A stretch of DNA of 55,460 nt, counting the filler, from Sphacelaria rigidula (taxonomy: Eukaryota), in NCBI GenBank assembly GCA_964200075.2. It is 4 parts of 4 records of this genome, joined end to end, with 100 filler letters (N's around TTAATTAATTAA, not from the genome) between each part and the next. Parts side by side here need not be neighbours in the genome. Positions count along the whole stretch, not along the records: positions 27,783 to 41,571 come from CAXNAA020002666.1; positions 41,672 to 55,460 come from CAXNAA020002667.1; 2 more parts are not named here. One strand, 5' to 3'. Position numbers and translations under genes: made by a program. Below the pieces are notes generated by a model. It was given only the letters and a program-made list of their open reading frames with translations. It was not told where the DNA came from and searched no databases. This document shows, in pieces, positions 33,644 to 45,460 of this stretch (positions are counted from its first letter, which is position 1; the number at the start of each line of letters is the position of its first letter).

Positions 33644-36353
33644 AGGAGTAGTCGGGAAAATCGAGACGGGGCGCTACATCTATTCGATACCGTACGGGTG
33701 TCCTGCCCTGTGCGTTGACCTAGTAAGTACTGGTAGAAGCTCTACAGGTAGCGATTTGTGCTTCACGACAGTCCTGCTTTTGCTTCGCGTACTTTTGCAT
33801 ACGTACTTTAGAACAGAGCTGAAACAAACACGCGTGTAACTGTGGTTGTGCACGAACAAGGCTTATCTATGCAACGGCGCAACACTAAAGACGTAGGCGA
33901 CAACGAATAGTTCCGTCCCTACAGTGCGCTCACGCTTCAACCACATTGTTTCCAGTTCTCACGCCAACGGTAGCATGCACAGCGACGAAGGTACATCTAC
34001 TTCTGTTCACATGTCAAACTCATTCCTTCCACAATCGATCATGCCGGGATTCGAATGGCGTATCTTGTGTTCAGGAAGCGAACATTTGACCCATTGAGCC
34101 ACCAGTGAGCGCTCACTGGTAGCTCAATGGTCAAATGTTTGCTTCCTGCACACAAGATATGGATTTCGAGACTTAGCATGATCAATTGTGGAATGAAGGA
34201 ATTTGAAATGTGGATAGTGAGGCTTGCGGGGGGCAAAAGGCCTCGGAGATCCCTGATGTGTCATGCCGGCATGGACCACGCAGCAGGTCTTTTGTTCAAG
34301 AAGCGAACCTAAGCGACCTACTGCTTGTAGGAAGTCTAATGGAACGGCGCAATGTACCCGCCGCGACGGGTACTGTGAACGTACGCGAACCGTTCGCCGC
34401 TTCCATTATCATTTCACCACATAATTCACGAGAATCTCGATTAAAGATAATGATGACAAAACCCAAATACGTATTAATCATTACCGTTGGCGTTTTCCAC
34501 TATACTGCCCGTCCATCTCTGCAGCAGTTCGTGCAATTCCATGTCCGTGACATTCGGATTTTTGTTCCACGAAATTCCGGGATATTCTCGACTCAGGGAC
34601 CCAGTCTTTCCCGACGGATCCTTTTCGGTCAGCCGGTGGAGTCAGCGCTCGGGACAATCGAATAAACGGTTCTGAAGTGGTAAAGGATGAGGTTGTAAAA
34701 CTCGAAGTGGTTAGGCAGCAACACGTAGACTGTGGAGTCGCGCAAAAGGGATCTGCGAACACGAGAGTGGGTAAAACAAAGTCAATGGAAGATGATGTTG
34801 CGGACGGAAGGCACTCGGGTAGCACCATCGACAGCAAGGAGCCAACGGAGTCGGGTGTCAGAAAAAACACCTGCAAAGATGGCACGGGGGATCCCTTCGC
34901 CTCCACAAAACATCGTTGCCTGCCTCACGTCTCACCCAGGCGTTGGAAACTTTGACCTCGGCCGCTGCTGAGGACGATATATATCCGACGAAAGTCGTGT
35001 CATGGCCGGCATTCGATGATTCAGACATCTATATTGGAATCTTCGAGGTAGGCATTGGCGGCAGCGTTGCAGTCGCGCCCGAGGGTCACCAATACTCATG
35101 CCATTCCTACCGGACGATTCTGATGTACTGTGGGGTTAGTCATACTACGGTCGGGTTGCAATGCTTCGGCCAAAACTTGTCTGAGGTATTTCCGAGTCGT
35201 GAAAGAACACATTGTCGTTTGTCAAGATTGCGATGCTCGCCTGCGAATGGAGCGCCTCACGTCCAGGCGCAACTTTATCCCCACTGCACTATTACGAGCG
35301 CGCGAAAGTCTATATCTAACTCTTGTACACCGGCCCATACAAGGTTTTGTGCACCCCTGTCGTAGCACGACCCTTCTATATGCGCGACTTGAAGTGTGTC
35401 TCAACGCAGTTCCCTCCAAAGCAGCTCACATGTTCCCTATATCCATGCGCTCAAAGCTTTCCATTGCTGTTTCGATACTATACTGCAGATCCGATACTCG
35501 TATGTATAAGCCCCTCTTGCCATCGGGTACGCGCACATCGCATATAGCCGCAATGACTCATTGTCAGGGTACTTGGGTCGGCATTATCATATCAACCACA
35601 TGGCTGGGTATTGAAGAAAGCGCCGTGGGCGCGAATGAGACATATCAGAGACCCGAATAGGGAACCACATTTTGGCGCGAATTGGCGGTATACTCGTGTA
35701 CTCTGTATCCTAGATCGTGAAACAGCCATGAGACGAAACACGCTTTTCCTGATATTATCACTTGTTAATCCTGATTCAGCGCTATGGCAAAAGAGTCACG
35801 GACTGGAGCACACCTCATGCTCCGACGCTGTGTACGCCTCGGCAATGGTGCTGTACCTGAGGTGTCATCAGGGCCTCCTGAACTACAAATGCTACGGGTG
35901 TCGGGAAAAATTACCGATGATATTCGACTGCCTTGTCATCACCATAACATCAGCATGTGAGCGATATTCCCATTGTTTTCCCTTCAAGCTCTCTCGTCTT
36001 GCGCTTGCCATGAAAGCTGTGCGTGTTGTGTGTGTGTTGTGTGTAATTATCCAATCTACTGTATGCGGACGCCCGTCTTCACCTTTCCGTGTACGTAGGC
36101 GCAGAAATCGGGGCCACACAGCAGGAGCGTCGCCACGGCAGGTATTCTTTCATTCGTTCACGCGAACCAGCCGATCTCCATCGCCGGTAAGGTCTAGGCT
36201 GGAACATGCAATACACGCCAATGCGTGGGCCGGGTTCACAGTAGATATGTGAATGATGGCTCGAGCGTGGTTCCGTCGCCGTTACAGTTGCATAATCCCG
36301 TAGGAAGCGCGTGAACAAGGCACCATGCTATCCCCGACAAATCCCCCTCGAGA

Positions 36354-36600
36354 GACACTTTCTACGATAGCCCCTCCCCAAAAGTGCATGGTTTTGGGAG
36401 GCGAAATCTTCACGTAAATCGGAATGGGAAAAGCCGAGCACAACGAGAAGCTGGGGATTCCCACGCGTGGGTTCGTTCTAGCCAATGTCCGCCTATATGG
36501 GTCGCTTCATGCAGCCTGAACCCGAGCATCGAACGCTGTATGGCCATTTTTTCGTGACACTTTAGGCTGGTTTTGGGGGGGGGCTATCGTAGAAAGTGTC
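36354..36600. mobile_element. 247-bp MITE
   Basis: Perfect 21-bp TIR GACACTTTCTACGATAGCCCC; flanks GAGA/AAGA. Confidence 0.8.
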
Positions 36601-36699
36601 AAGACTGTCAGTGATCCGCACCCCGCTCTTCGCCAACAAGCCTGCGTGTCCTCCTTCAGAGTGTTGGTTCCGTTCAGAAACGATGTGCAACTCGCACTT

Positions 36700-37880
36700 C
36701 GCGCTTGAACAAAAGCCCTCTGTCGTGGACTAGGCGTTAGTGACGCACTGTAGTCTAAACAACAAGCAACAAAGGTTCAAGGATATCGACGAGGGCGACG
36801 TGTTTCGCCTTGTAAACACGTACACGTATTGAGCTGTTGAATGTGCGCTTCCCCTGTATCTTCTTCCTCACCCCATCAAGCTCGTATCGGCCTCATTCGT
36901 AGCCCGACATATCTCTCACCTCCCCATGATCTCGCTTGTCACGCTCGTCAGCCGATCTCTATCGTCGGTAGGGCCTCGGCTTGATCGTGCTACACGCTCC
37001 AGCCGTGCGCCGGGTACTCGCAGTAGTTCTGTGAATATAACCTCAGGCGTGTCCGACAGTAAGTTGGAGTCCCATGATCTCGTGAAGTGCGCGTTGTCGA
37101 GGCCTCGTGCGGTCGTGAAGGCGCGCTCGATGGCTGCTCTCTGTATGCCGTGACGAAACCAGTCAAGCATCGACGCTCCACTCGGTCGCATGAGGCCTCG
37201 ACCACGGGCTACCACCACAGCCATGAATCCGCACCGGACAGTACCAACGAACCGTTACCTTCTGCAACAGAGTGTCGCTTTTTCTCCAGGACGCGACGTG
37301 CAGCCCAGACCTGAGGTTCGACCCCGACACTCCTTCTTTCCAGACCGACGACCGGTCGGGACCACCGGCCGCGGCGTCGGTCGTACGGACGTTTGAGTGA
37401 GGAAACGCACACGTTTCGGGGTCGGGCCTCACTTCTGGGCGGAACCTCAGCGCCGAGGAAAGCCCTCTGCCGTGGACTAGGCGATGGGAGCGTAATGCTG
37501 CATACTTGACCGGCAACAATGGGCCATAGATACCGACGAAAAAGAGAGAGGCGCGTTGGCGTTGTAAACGCCGTAGTATCGACATCGTGTAGATTGTTCT
37601 CCTCACGTTTTTCTCGCTCATCACGCTCCATTGGACCCCGAACTCGTATTCAGATCGCTCCATTCCGGCTCGTCACGCGAGCCAGCTGATGTCCAACGTC
37701 GGTAGGGTCTAGGCTCGATCGTGCTACACGCTCCGACCGTGCGCCGGGTACTCTTAGTATTTCTGTGAATATCAACTGCGGCCAGTCCGACAGTAAGTTG
37801 GCCTCGCATGATCTCGTGAAGTGCGCGTTGTCGAGGCCTCATGCGATCGTGAAGGAGCTCTCGATGGCTGCTCTCTGCAA
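36700..37880. repeat. Diverged direct duplication (~740-bp period), with a third partial copy at ~36155-36250
   Basis: AAAGCCCTCTG.CGTGGACTAGGCG at 36713 and 37459; 36937-37145 matches 37671-37878. Confidence 0.8.
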
Positions 37881-38525
37881 TACATTACACAAAAATACTG
37901 TTTCATATTTTATCCTCGTCCCGTTTCGCCGTCTGTGGTCGCCATTTATCTTCGAGTGCAGGCATCGTTTTCGCGCTACTGGCTAATGCATTAAACGATT
38001 CCATGCCGCCTTCGTGCACGTCCCGCATTTCCCCCTTCAGCACGTCCCCTTTCTCCTTGTATAGTTCGCATTCTGCAACTACATGACTTCTGTTCTCTAT
38101 TATTTCGCCACATAGGTAGTTGTGTGCATGCAATTCCTCCTGCACACAACTACTGGTATATCTCTATCTTCTTCCTGGCATGTCCAGGTCCTCCACACGA
38201 AATCTCAGTTTCAAATGTTGCGCCGGGTCCACGGGGCCATGCAGGTATTTTTCCATCTCGATCCCTCTCTCCACCCCCCGTATATCTACAGGTTTTCTTC
38301 CTCGTCTACCTTTCGTCTGAGCGCTCCTTTTCCCCTCATTTCTACCATGTCTCTTACGTTTGTCCTCAACCCCGCGCCTTCACCTATGGACAGTATTTCG
38401 TCTTGGTTTCTTCTTATTTTCTTTCACACTTTCTCGACTTCGTTATTCCACCTTATTACATGCCCTTTCGTACGTTCCGTCCATACAGCCTTATCAACGA
38501 TTACTGGCAATCTCGTTCTCTCCAT

Positions 38526-38730
38526 TGTAATGCGTGAGAGGACCGCGTGCTTAGAGGACCGCACCGGAATTTGAACATCCCCATGGTTAGGGTAAGGGTC
38601 AGGGTTTGGGTTAGAGTTAGGGGCGTGGTACCTGCAGTGACTGGTCCGATTGGTTCTGAAAAACGTCGATCCTGAGGTGTTTTGAACCACGGCGCGGTCC
38701 TCTAAGCACGCGGTCCTCTCACGCAATACA
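38526..38730. mobile_element. 205-bp Ginger-like MITE with internal telomere-like hexamers
   Basis: ~37-bp TIR TGTAATGCGTGAGAGGACCGCGTGCTTAGAGGACCGC; TGT...ACA ends; perfect 4-bp TSD CCAT. Confidence 0.85.
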
Positions 38731-38749
38731 CCATCTTCTTTACGCTGTA

Positions 38750-39592
38750 CAGTGGAGAGCTCGCAGTAGTGCCGGTTGAATAGTGCCAGCGGCCTATGTA
38801 ATGCCGGTAAAATCTCCGCGCACAGCCAGAGCTTGCAGCAGTGCCGCCCGGCACTACTGACAGATGAACCTCAGTAGTGCCGGTTTGAAGGGTTTTGTAC
38901 CCTCAACAGTGCCGGTTCCGGACACACTCACGCACGCCTTACTCCTCACCAACCAAGAGGCAGTAGGGGTACAGCAGGGTACGTGCTGATGCAGACCTTG
39001 CAACGTAGGGACACAACATACCTTGTGCGGAAGATGAACTGTGCCTGCTGCAGGCCACGACGCCAGAAGGCCGTCATGGCCACGGTTGCCAGGGGACATG
39101 TGGCGGGAGACTCCACGGTATTTGCGGCAGCTTGTTTGGCGACAACGAAATGCACCGCATCTGCAGCAAATGCCTTCAAAAAGTAGGCAAGCGCCCAAAG
39201 ATTTCATTCGAGGGTGCTGGAACGGGACAACGTTTGTGGCCGTACTGCTGCCGTTCTGCTAGTAGGGAAGGAAATGATCAACCTGTGAGCAGGATCAATC
39301 AAGTTGAATGTGAAAAACAAAAAAACACCGGGTTTAGCTCTGCTACCCCGAAACCTTAGGTGACGTATCCTATCGAAACCCCTTGAAACAAAGGTCCTCG
39401 TCCGTTTTGTGCTTCCGTTGGTCCCACGAAGGGCAAGTGTAGCACTGTACGAACGGACGGTCGTCAGTGGTGCCAGAACCGGCACTACTGAGGTATTAAG
39501 AGCTCTCAAGTGCACCTGTTTTGGCACTTTTCAGAGTAGTGTGCCGGTGTCCGTGGTGGGCACATACCGGCTCTAATGAGAGCCCCCCACTG
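38750..39592. mobile_element. 843-bp Tc1/mariner-like non-autonomous element
   Basis: TIR CAGTGGAGAGCTC / GAGCCCCCCACTG; flanks TA/CA; removal restores the LINE reading frame. Confidence 0.75.
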
Positions 39593-40362
39593 CATTGTCA
39601 TCTCAATTTCCTCGTGTATCTGTTTGTTTTAAGTGAGCACATTCTCAACTCTTTTCTCAGTGCTGTATTACTCGTCGTTTTCGAGCATCCAAGTATCTTC
39701 TTAGCTGCTGCCATCTGTACTGTTTCCAACTTCTTCATCAATTTCACGTTCCCCTTCTGTACTTCTCCTGCACATTCCAGCTTTGGTACGATCACGTTCA
39801 TCAGAATACATTTCTTAGATCCCAGTGCCCAGGTGCGAATCTCTGAGGATCACGTCCATCCTTCCTATCTGTGTCTTGCCCTTTTCTATTACTTTGTTTA
39901 TGTGTGCATCATAAGAACATTGCTTTGAGATCTCTACTCCAAGGTATGTATACTGGTCTACGATCGGCAGTTCCTCTTCTCCCCACTTCCACTTGAACTC
40001 TACCGGATTTTTCTTATCTTCGTTACAGACGAGTACTGCGCATTTGTCAGCATTCGCTGTCACTCTCCAATCCCTCGTGTATTCTAGCGCCTTGTCTATC
40101 AGTTTTTGCAAGCCTTCTGCCCTTCCTGAAATCCCCACAAAACCATCTGCATACGTCGAACCTGATATCACATCTTCACTCACCTTGACTCCTTAATTTG
40201 CTGATTTTATTGCTAGTATCAAGTCATTGATAGATACCTTAAATGAAGTGGGTGATAACGTACATCCTTGTGCAACTCCTTTCGAAATATCAAAATATTT
40301 CGATATTTCCCCGTCTAGCATCATGGCACTTTCGGCGCAATCTGTCATATTCTTCGTTATTT

Positions 40363-40574
40363 TGTAATGCGTGAGAGGACCGCGTGCTTAGAGGACCGTG
40401 CCGTGGTTCCAAACACCCCAGGATCGACGTTTTTCGGGACCAAGCGGGCCAGTCTCTCCAGGACCCACGCCCCTGACCCTAACCCCAACACTAACCCTAA
40501 CCCCAACCCCAACCATAGGGGTGTTCAAAATTCAGATGCGGTCCTCTGAGCACGCGGTCCTCTCACGCACTGCA
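40363..40574. mobile_element. Second Ginger-like MITE copy (212 bp), opposite orientation
   Basis: Same TIR; flanks ATTT/ATTC; internal CCCTAA-like array. Confidence 0.85.
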
Positions 40575-41350
40575 ATTCTCCACACCTTTCCTGTGATCCC
40601 AGCTTCCCACTACTTTTTCCACAGCACATTTCTTAATACTGTGTCACAAACGTTTTGCACGTCCAGAAAGAAACATGACGTTGTCAATCCGGCGTCTTTC
40701 CTACCTCGAATAATTTTACCTAGTATGTACACATGATCTACGCAACTACGGTTTGGTCTGGAACCTGCTTGTCCCTCGCTGCGTTTCCCGTCTTCGTCTA
40801 TCATATTTCCTACTCTATCGTTCAGAATCTTACATGATGTTTTCCCTACCGTGCTCAGTAGGGTCATCCCTCTATCATAGTTTCCTGGGTCAGCCTTGTC
40901 TTCATTTTTGAAAAGATTGACTACTACGCATTCTCTTTACACTTCGGGTGTGTACTCGGTTTCCTATATCCAGTTATACAGCATAAGCATAATGGTAATC
41001 ATTCCTTTCCCCCCATGCTTCAGAAATTCATTCACTATTCCGTCTGCACCTACCGCACTCCTATACTTCATATACGGGAAATCATCTCTGCGATTCTTCC
41101 TAGCCACTATCCTCCCGGTTTGACGTTTTTACATTTTGTTATGCTCACTCGTTGAACTCTTTTTCGAATTCCGTGTCGAACTTCGTGTTGGTGTTTGGTG
41201 TTCCTAGTTTACGGTAGTGCTCGACTAGCACCTCTCCCTTCCCCTTCGAACTGCTGATCACTCTACCGTTCTATGCCCTTAGCGTCGCTATCCCATTGTC
41301 TATACTTCTTGCCTGTTTTCCCATAATCCCTTTCATCCCTATGCCGCCGT

Positions 41351-41571
41351 GCCCTGGTGGTGTAATGGTCCGATTGTCGCCATTAGGGTGGAGAGAACGG
41401 GGGTTCAATTCCCGATGCGTTGGGTTTCTATTTGTAATATATGGTTTCCACCGTGGAAAACGTAAGAATGTGAGTAAACAAAATGGTCGATTGGGTTTGT
41501 GTGACGTGAGTTGACGCGGTGCGGAAGTGCTGACCCAATCCGCGAGACCAAAATGAAAGACGCGTACCGGG
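41351..41571 (+). mobile_element. 5' part of a second tRNA-derived SINE family (cut by scaffold end)
   Basis: A-box TGGTGTAATGG and B-box GGTTCAATTCC with tRNA-like spacing, but no intact cloverleaf. Confidence 0.6.
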
Positions 41572-41671
41572 NNNNNNNNNNNNNNNNNNNNNNNNNNNNN
41601 NNNNNNNNNNNNNNNTTAATTAATTAANNNNNNNNNNNNNNNNNNNNNNNNNNNNNNNNNNNNNNNNNNNN
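41572..41671. other. Artificial scaffold-joining linker
   Basis: N44-TTAATTAATTAA-N44. Confidence 0.97.
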
Positions 41672-41699
41672 GTCTGGTACGCAGGATGTGAGTACAAAC

Positions 41700-42500
41700 A
41701 TGATCTCGAGAAAGTGACCCTCAAGTTGTCTCAGACTGCGTATACTCAGCGGATTCTTGAAAGGTTTTCGATCAAAAGAACCGCTGCAACCCCTGCGTTT
41801 GTTTCTTCTGACTTCAAGGTCGATGAGGGAGAGGATTTCGAGGGGAGGTACCGTGAGGCGGTGGGATCTTTGATGTGGCTCTCCATCAACACCCGCCCGG
41901 ACATCGCTGACGCCGCGAGAGCTACATCCCGCCACAACGAAAACCCGACGCCTGAGGACTGGCGCAAAGTGTTGCGGATTTTCGAGTACCTCAAGACAAC
42001 AGTAGACTTGGGAATCGCGTATGCTAGGGATTCGAGTGACGAGTCGGTGGCGTATGCGGATGCAGACTATGCGAAATTCGATGATCGACGTTCAGTGTCG
42101 GGAGGGGCGACATTTTTCTGCGGGGCTGTTGTAGGTTTTTCTCTCGCACTCAAAGAATGTAAATCTCTCTTCTACTCAGGCTGAGTACGTAACGATGGGC
42201 GACGCAGTGAAGGATGTTCTGTTCGTGAAGGTGATGCTGAAATTTATGCAGCCGCAAAGGAAGGAATTTTGTATGCCACTGACGGTGTATGAGGATAACA
42301 GGAGGCGATTCAACTCGCGAAAAATCTGCGAAGATCCCATAACAGCAAGCACGTTGATGTGCGTCATCATTTTCTGAGGGAGCTGGTGTCTGAACAAATC
42401 ATTCGAGTGGAGTACGTTAAGTCTCCTCAGCAGCACGCAGACGTTTTGACGAAACCTTCGCCTGTTGCTAGCTTCGGGTACCTCAGGAATGTCCTAATTT
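41700..42500 (+). pseudogene. Ty1/copia LTR retrotransposon pol remnant (RT C-terminus and RNase H)
   Basis: LSQTAY, YREAVGSLMWL..TRPDIA, AYADADYA..DRRSVSG, AEYV, VYEDN, SKHVDVRHHFLRE, QHADVLTKP; frameshifted. Confidence 0.93.
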
Positions 42501-42810
42501 TCACTTTGACCATATTGAAAGTTGAAGTGAGACCGGTTGATAGTCTTGGACCTTGTATTTTCTACGTCAAGCTATGAACATTTGGAGTGAGGTGTCGCCG
42601 CGAGGTTGCAGCTGAGTGTGTCTCATTAGGAGCAAAGCGCATTCTCACGAGCCTCGTGTCATAGCCAAGGCCAAACTATATTTCGGTCATGGCTTGGGTG
42701 TGATTTGTGTTTCTTTGGGAACAGGAAACGGGTTTTGGTCGAAGTGGTCTGAATGTTTTTCTTGTTTGTTGATTCGTATTTTCGACACGCGTTTGATTTC
42801 CCAGTGTGCA

Positions 42811-43220
42811 AAATCAGGGAGGGTGTTAATCGTGTGATTTTACTCATGGTAAATGTGAGATCCAGGATACTATAACGAGACTATCGGAGGTGAATGTGAT
42901 TTCCAGCAATGGTCCTGTGGAACGACGGTTCGGATCAATTCTTGGAATGTTCTTGAAAGTGTTCGTTGTTCTCACTTTTGTTCTCGAATGATCCGGAAAC
43001 GACGGGGAGTTATCTTGTGGTATACGGTACGTTTCTGCGGGATGAAACAGGAGATATTTTCCGTAGCTCGAGAAGGATTCTCGACGATGATGCACCTCTG
43101 CATCTCTTGCCCCACCGTGTTCAGTGGGTGTGTGTGCTTTCCTACCCAAGAGCGGTTCAATATAAATGAAACAAAAAAAGACAACTATACACTTCTGCTT
43201 CTGTGGCTTCATCTTCGACA
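42811..43220 (+). mobile_element. Copia PPT and probable 3' LTR
   Basis: AGGGAGGG directly before TGTT at 42824; the LTR end (...CGACA at ~43220) is tentative. Confidence 0.5.
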
Positions 43221-43274
43221 GCGGACGCTGTGCGAGATTGCCTCTAGACTCTACCGAACAGGGGCAGTCCTTAG

Positions 43275-44053
43275 TCAGATTTCCGGCGTCACCGCAGTTG
43301 TAACACGCGCGAGTGGACGACGCTCGCGAAGACGGCTGCTGTTTCCGTTGCTGTCGTCGTTGCTGTTTGCGCCGTGCACTACCCGCACTTGCCGCAGAAT
43401 CTCGCCGGCCATGTGCCTAAATGAATTTCCACTGGTCGGCGGCATCAAATATTTTGTTGAACACGACCGTCGGGTTCTTTTTCCAGACGTCAACATACGT
43501 TAGTACACTTCTAAGATACGCCTTGAATTCCGAAGGCGAAATCCCTGCCACAAAATCTCGGCCGGGCCTGTCAACCAGCTCCTGTCCTCCGCACGGTATA
43601 TAGCTTGCACCGTGAGGATTTCTGCAAAACCTTTTCCATCGATGAACTGACCATAATTGCACGATCCTTCACGGATATTCCTCCGCTTTGCGGCATAGTA
43701 CTAGCAAGAGCTCCGTTTTGGTCTGCTGCAGCCCGCGCAGTGTCATACTTGTCGCCGGTTGTGGTGTATCCGGCATGCTGCTTCACAGCATCTGGCAATT
43801 TGTCGGGGTTCATAGCCCGACGATCCTTGTACATGCCTTCAAAGCACCGGTGAATATATGTGAGGATAAGTTGTCCGATACTCACCCTGGGATGCCTCAT
43901 GACTCCTGTTGCATTGGCCAAATGCAACCTCTCTGAATAGTCGAGGTATGCGGCATGAAAAACTTTTGACGCTTCTTCAGTCCACACTTCGCCATACTTT
44001 GGCGGCTCTAGTGGCTCACCTAACACCAGCGGCGCTGCCGCCGGTTGAGCCAT
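43275..44053 (-). pseudogene. Frameshifted ORF, possibly gag-like protein of an LTR retrotransposon
   Basis: Protein-like ORFs 43571-44053 and 43417-43662 overlap on the same strand, suggesting one broken frame; gag assignment is only by general resemblance. Confidence 0.35.
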
Positions 44054-44559
44054 GTCGTTTAGGATTCACCACTTTACGAAGAGATTCTTGCCTGACTTGT
44101 GCGTTCTTCAACCCATGGAGCGTCCTCCACTGCTGTGCGCTATAAGTTGGCTACAAGTTGGTCTCCCCGACTGCAGGCTAAGCTGGCTTCCAGCTGCGCC
44201 CCCTCTCCCCAGCCAAACTCCTCCAGCAGAGTGCCGAAAAGAATAATATCTGGATATTGTAGCCTCTGCCAGACGATCTGGACAAGAGAACATTCAACGA
44301 GGGACTCCCTCCAGTATCACTGGCCTCGTGCCCGACAAGTCCTTCTTCTCACTTGTTATTATCACGCAGTGATCCTCAACAGATCACATCAAGAGCCAGA
44401 CAGCAAGGGGCCACACAGATAAGGGTCATCAATCCAGGATCCCCTGTCCCCTACCACTGCTCCAACCATGCATGCGATTATACTGAAACCTACGGCTTGA
44501 TATCATTCGGCTACAATTCACTGCTCTTTGTGGAAAAAACAATGAAGCGAGCACTCGAG

Positions 44560-45460
44560 CCGTTGCTCGTTGTGAAAAAAGGGTATGGCTCGAGCGCACG
44601 AGACATTGCTTGTCGTAAAAAAGATCATGACTCGAGCACACGAGTCATGCTCGTTATGTTTGAAAAAACATCCATGAGTGCACTTGCTTCGTCGAATAAT
44701 GACTCGTCCGACGTGTGAAAAATTGCCCTCCGGGAGGGGCGGGGGCGGGGGGGGGGGTCCGTGTCCGAAAATTTCCTCTCGACAGCCCCTCGGCCCAACA
44801 TTTGTTTTTTCACAGTTTTTGTTTTTGGTGAGAAGTTGTTTTCATACTACTGATGGAAATTCCTTCGAACTGTCGCGCCACAATGTCACCACCCGTTTTT
44901 GCCGCATATCACCCACGTATCGATACATTGAGCTCTTCTGTAACAAGTGCTTCTTCAGCGTCGAAAGGCGGTATGCGCGTCCCAGCAACATTACTACCCG
45001 GACAAACGGCCAAACACGTGTGAAGGGGTGTGAAAAAAAGGCATGACTCGAGTGCACGAGACATTGCTTGTTGTAGAAAAAAGTCATGACTCGAGCACAC
45101 GAGTCATGCTCGTTATGTTTTAAAAAAACATCCACGAGTGCACTCGGTTCGTCGCACTCGGTTCGTCGAACAATGATTCGTCCGACGTGTGAAAAATTGC
45201 CCTCCGGGAGGGGCGGGGGGGGGGGGGGGAAAAAAATCAAACGAAAATTTCGAAATTTTTTTCAGCATCCGCCCCATCTTAATAAAAAGGAGCGTATCTN
45301 NNNNNNNNNGGACGTGGCACGGGGCAAGGGACTGGGACGGGGGGGCGAGAAAAAGGCCGGGGGGCGGGGGGGGTGAGCGGGTGGGGGAACACAATCAACC
45401 GGAAATTTCGAAATTTCTTTCAGCATTCGCTCCATCTTCATAATAAGGAAGCTTATGCCA
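44560..45460. repeat. Duplicated palindrome-bearing repeat with G-tracts
   Basis: 44570-44760 matches 45025-45230 (CATGACTCGAGCACACGAGTCATG hairpin); 45243-45290 matches 45401-45450; 44715-44770 is the reverse complement of 20240-20285. Confidence 0.75.

Larger units (their letters stand above)
37880..41340 (-). pseudogene. Decayed LINE ORF2 (RT to C-terminal region), interrupted by three DNA-transposon insertions
   Basis: ADPGNY..MTLLSTVGK, SEGQAG.RPNRSCVDH, FFLDVQ, GVAQGCTLSP, YADG, YTYLGVEI, IVPKLE, ENRSHVVAECELY; homologous to 14900-16090. Confidence 0.9.
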
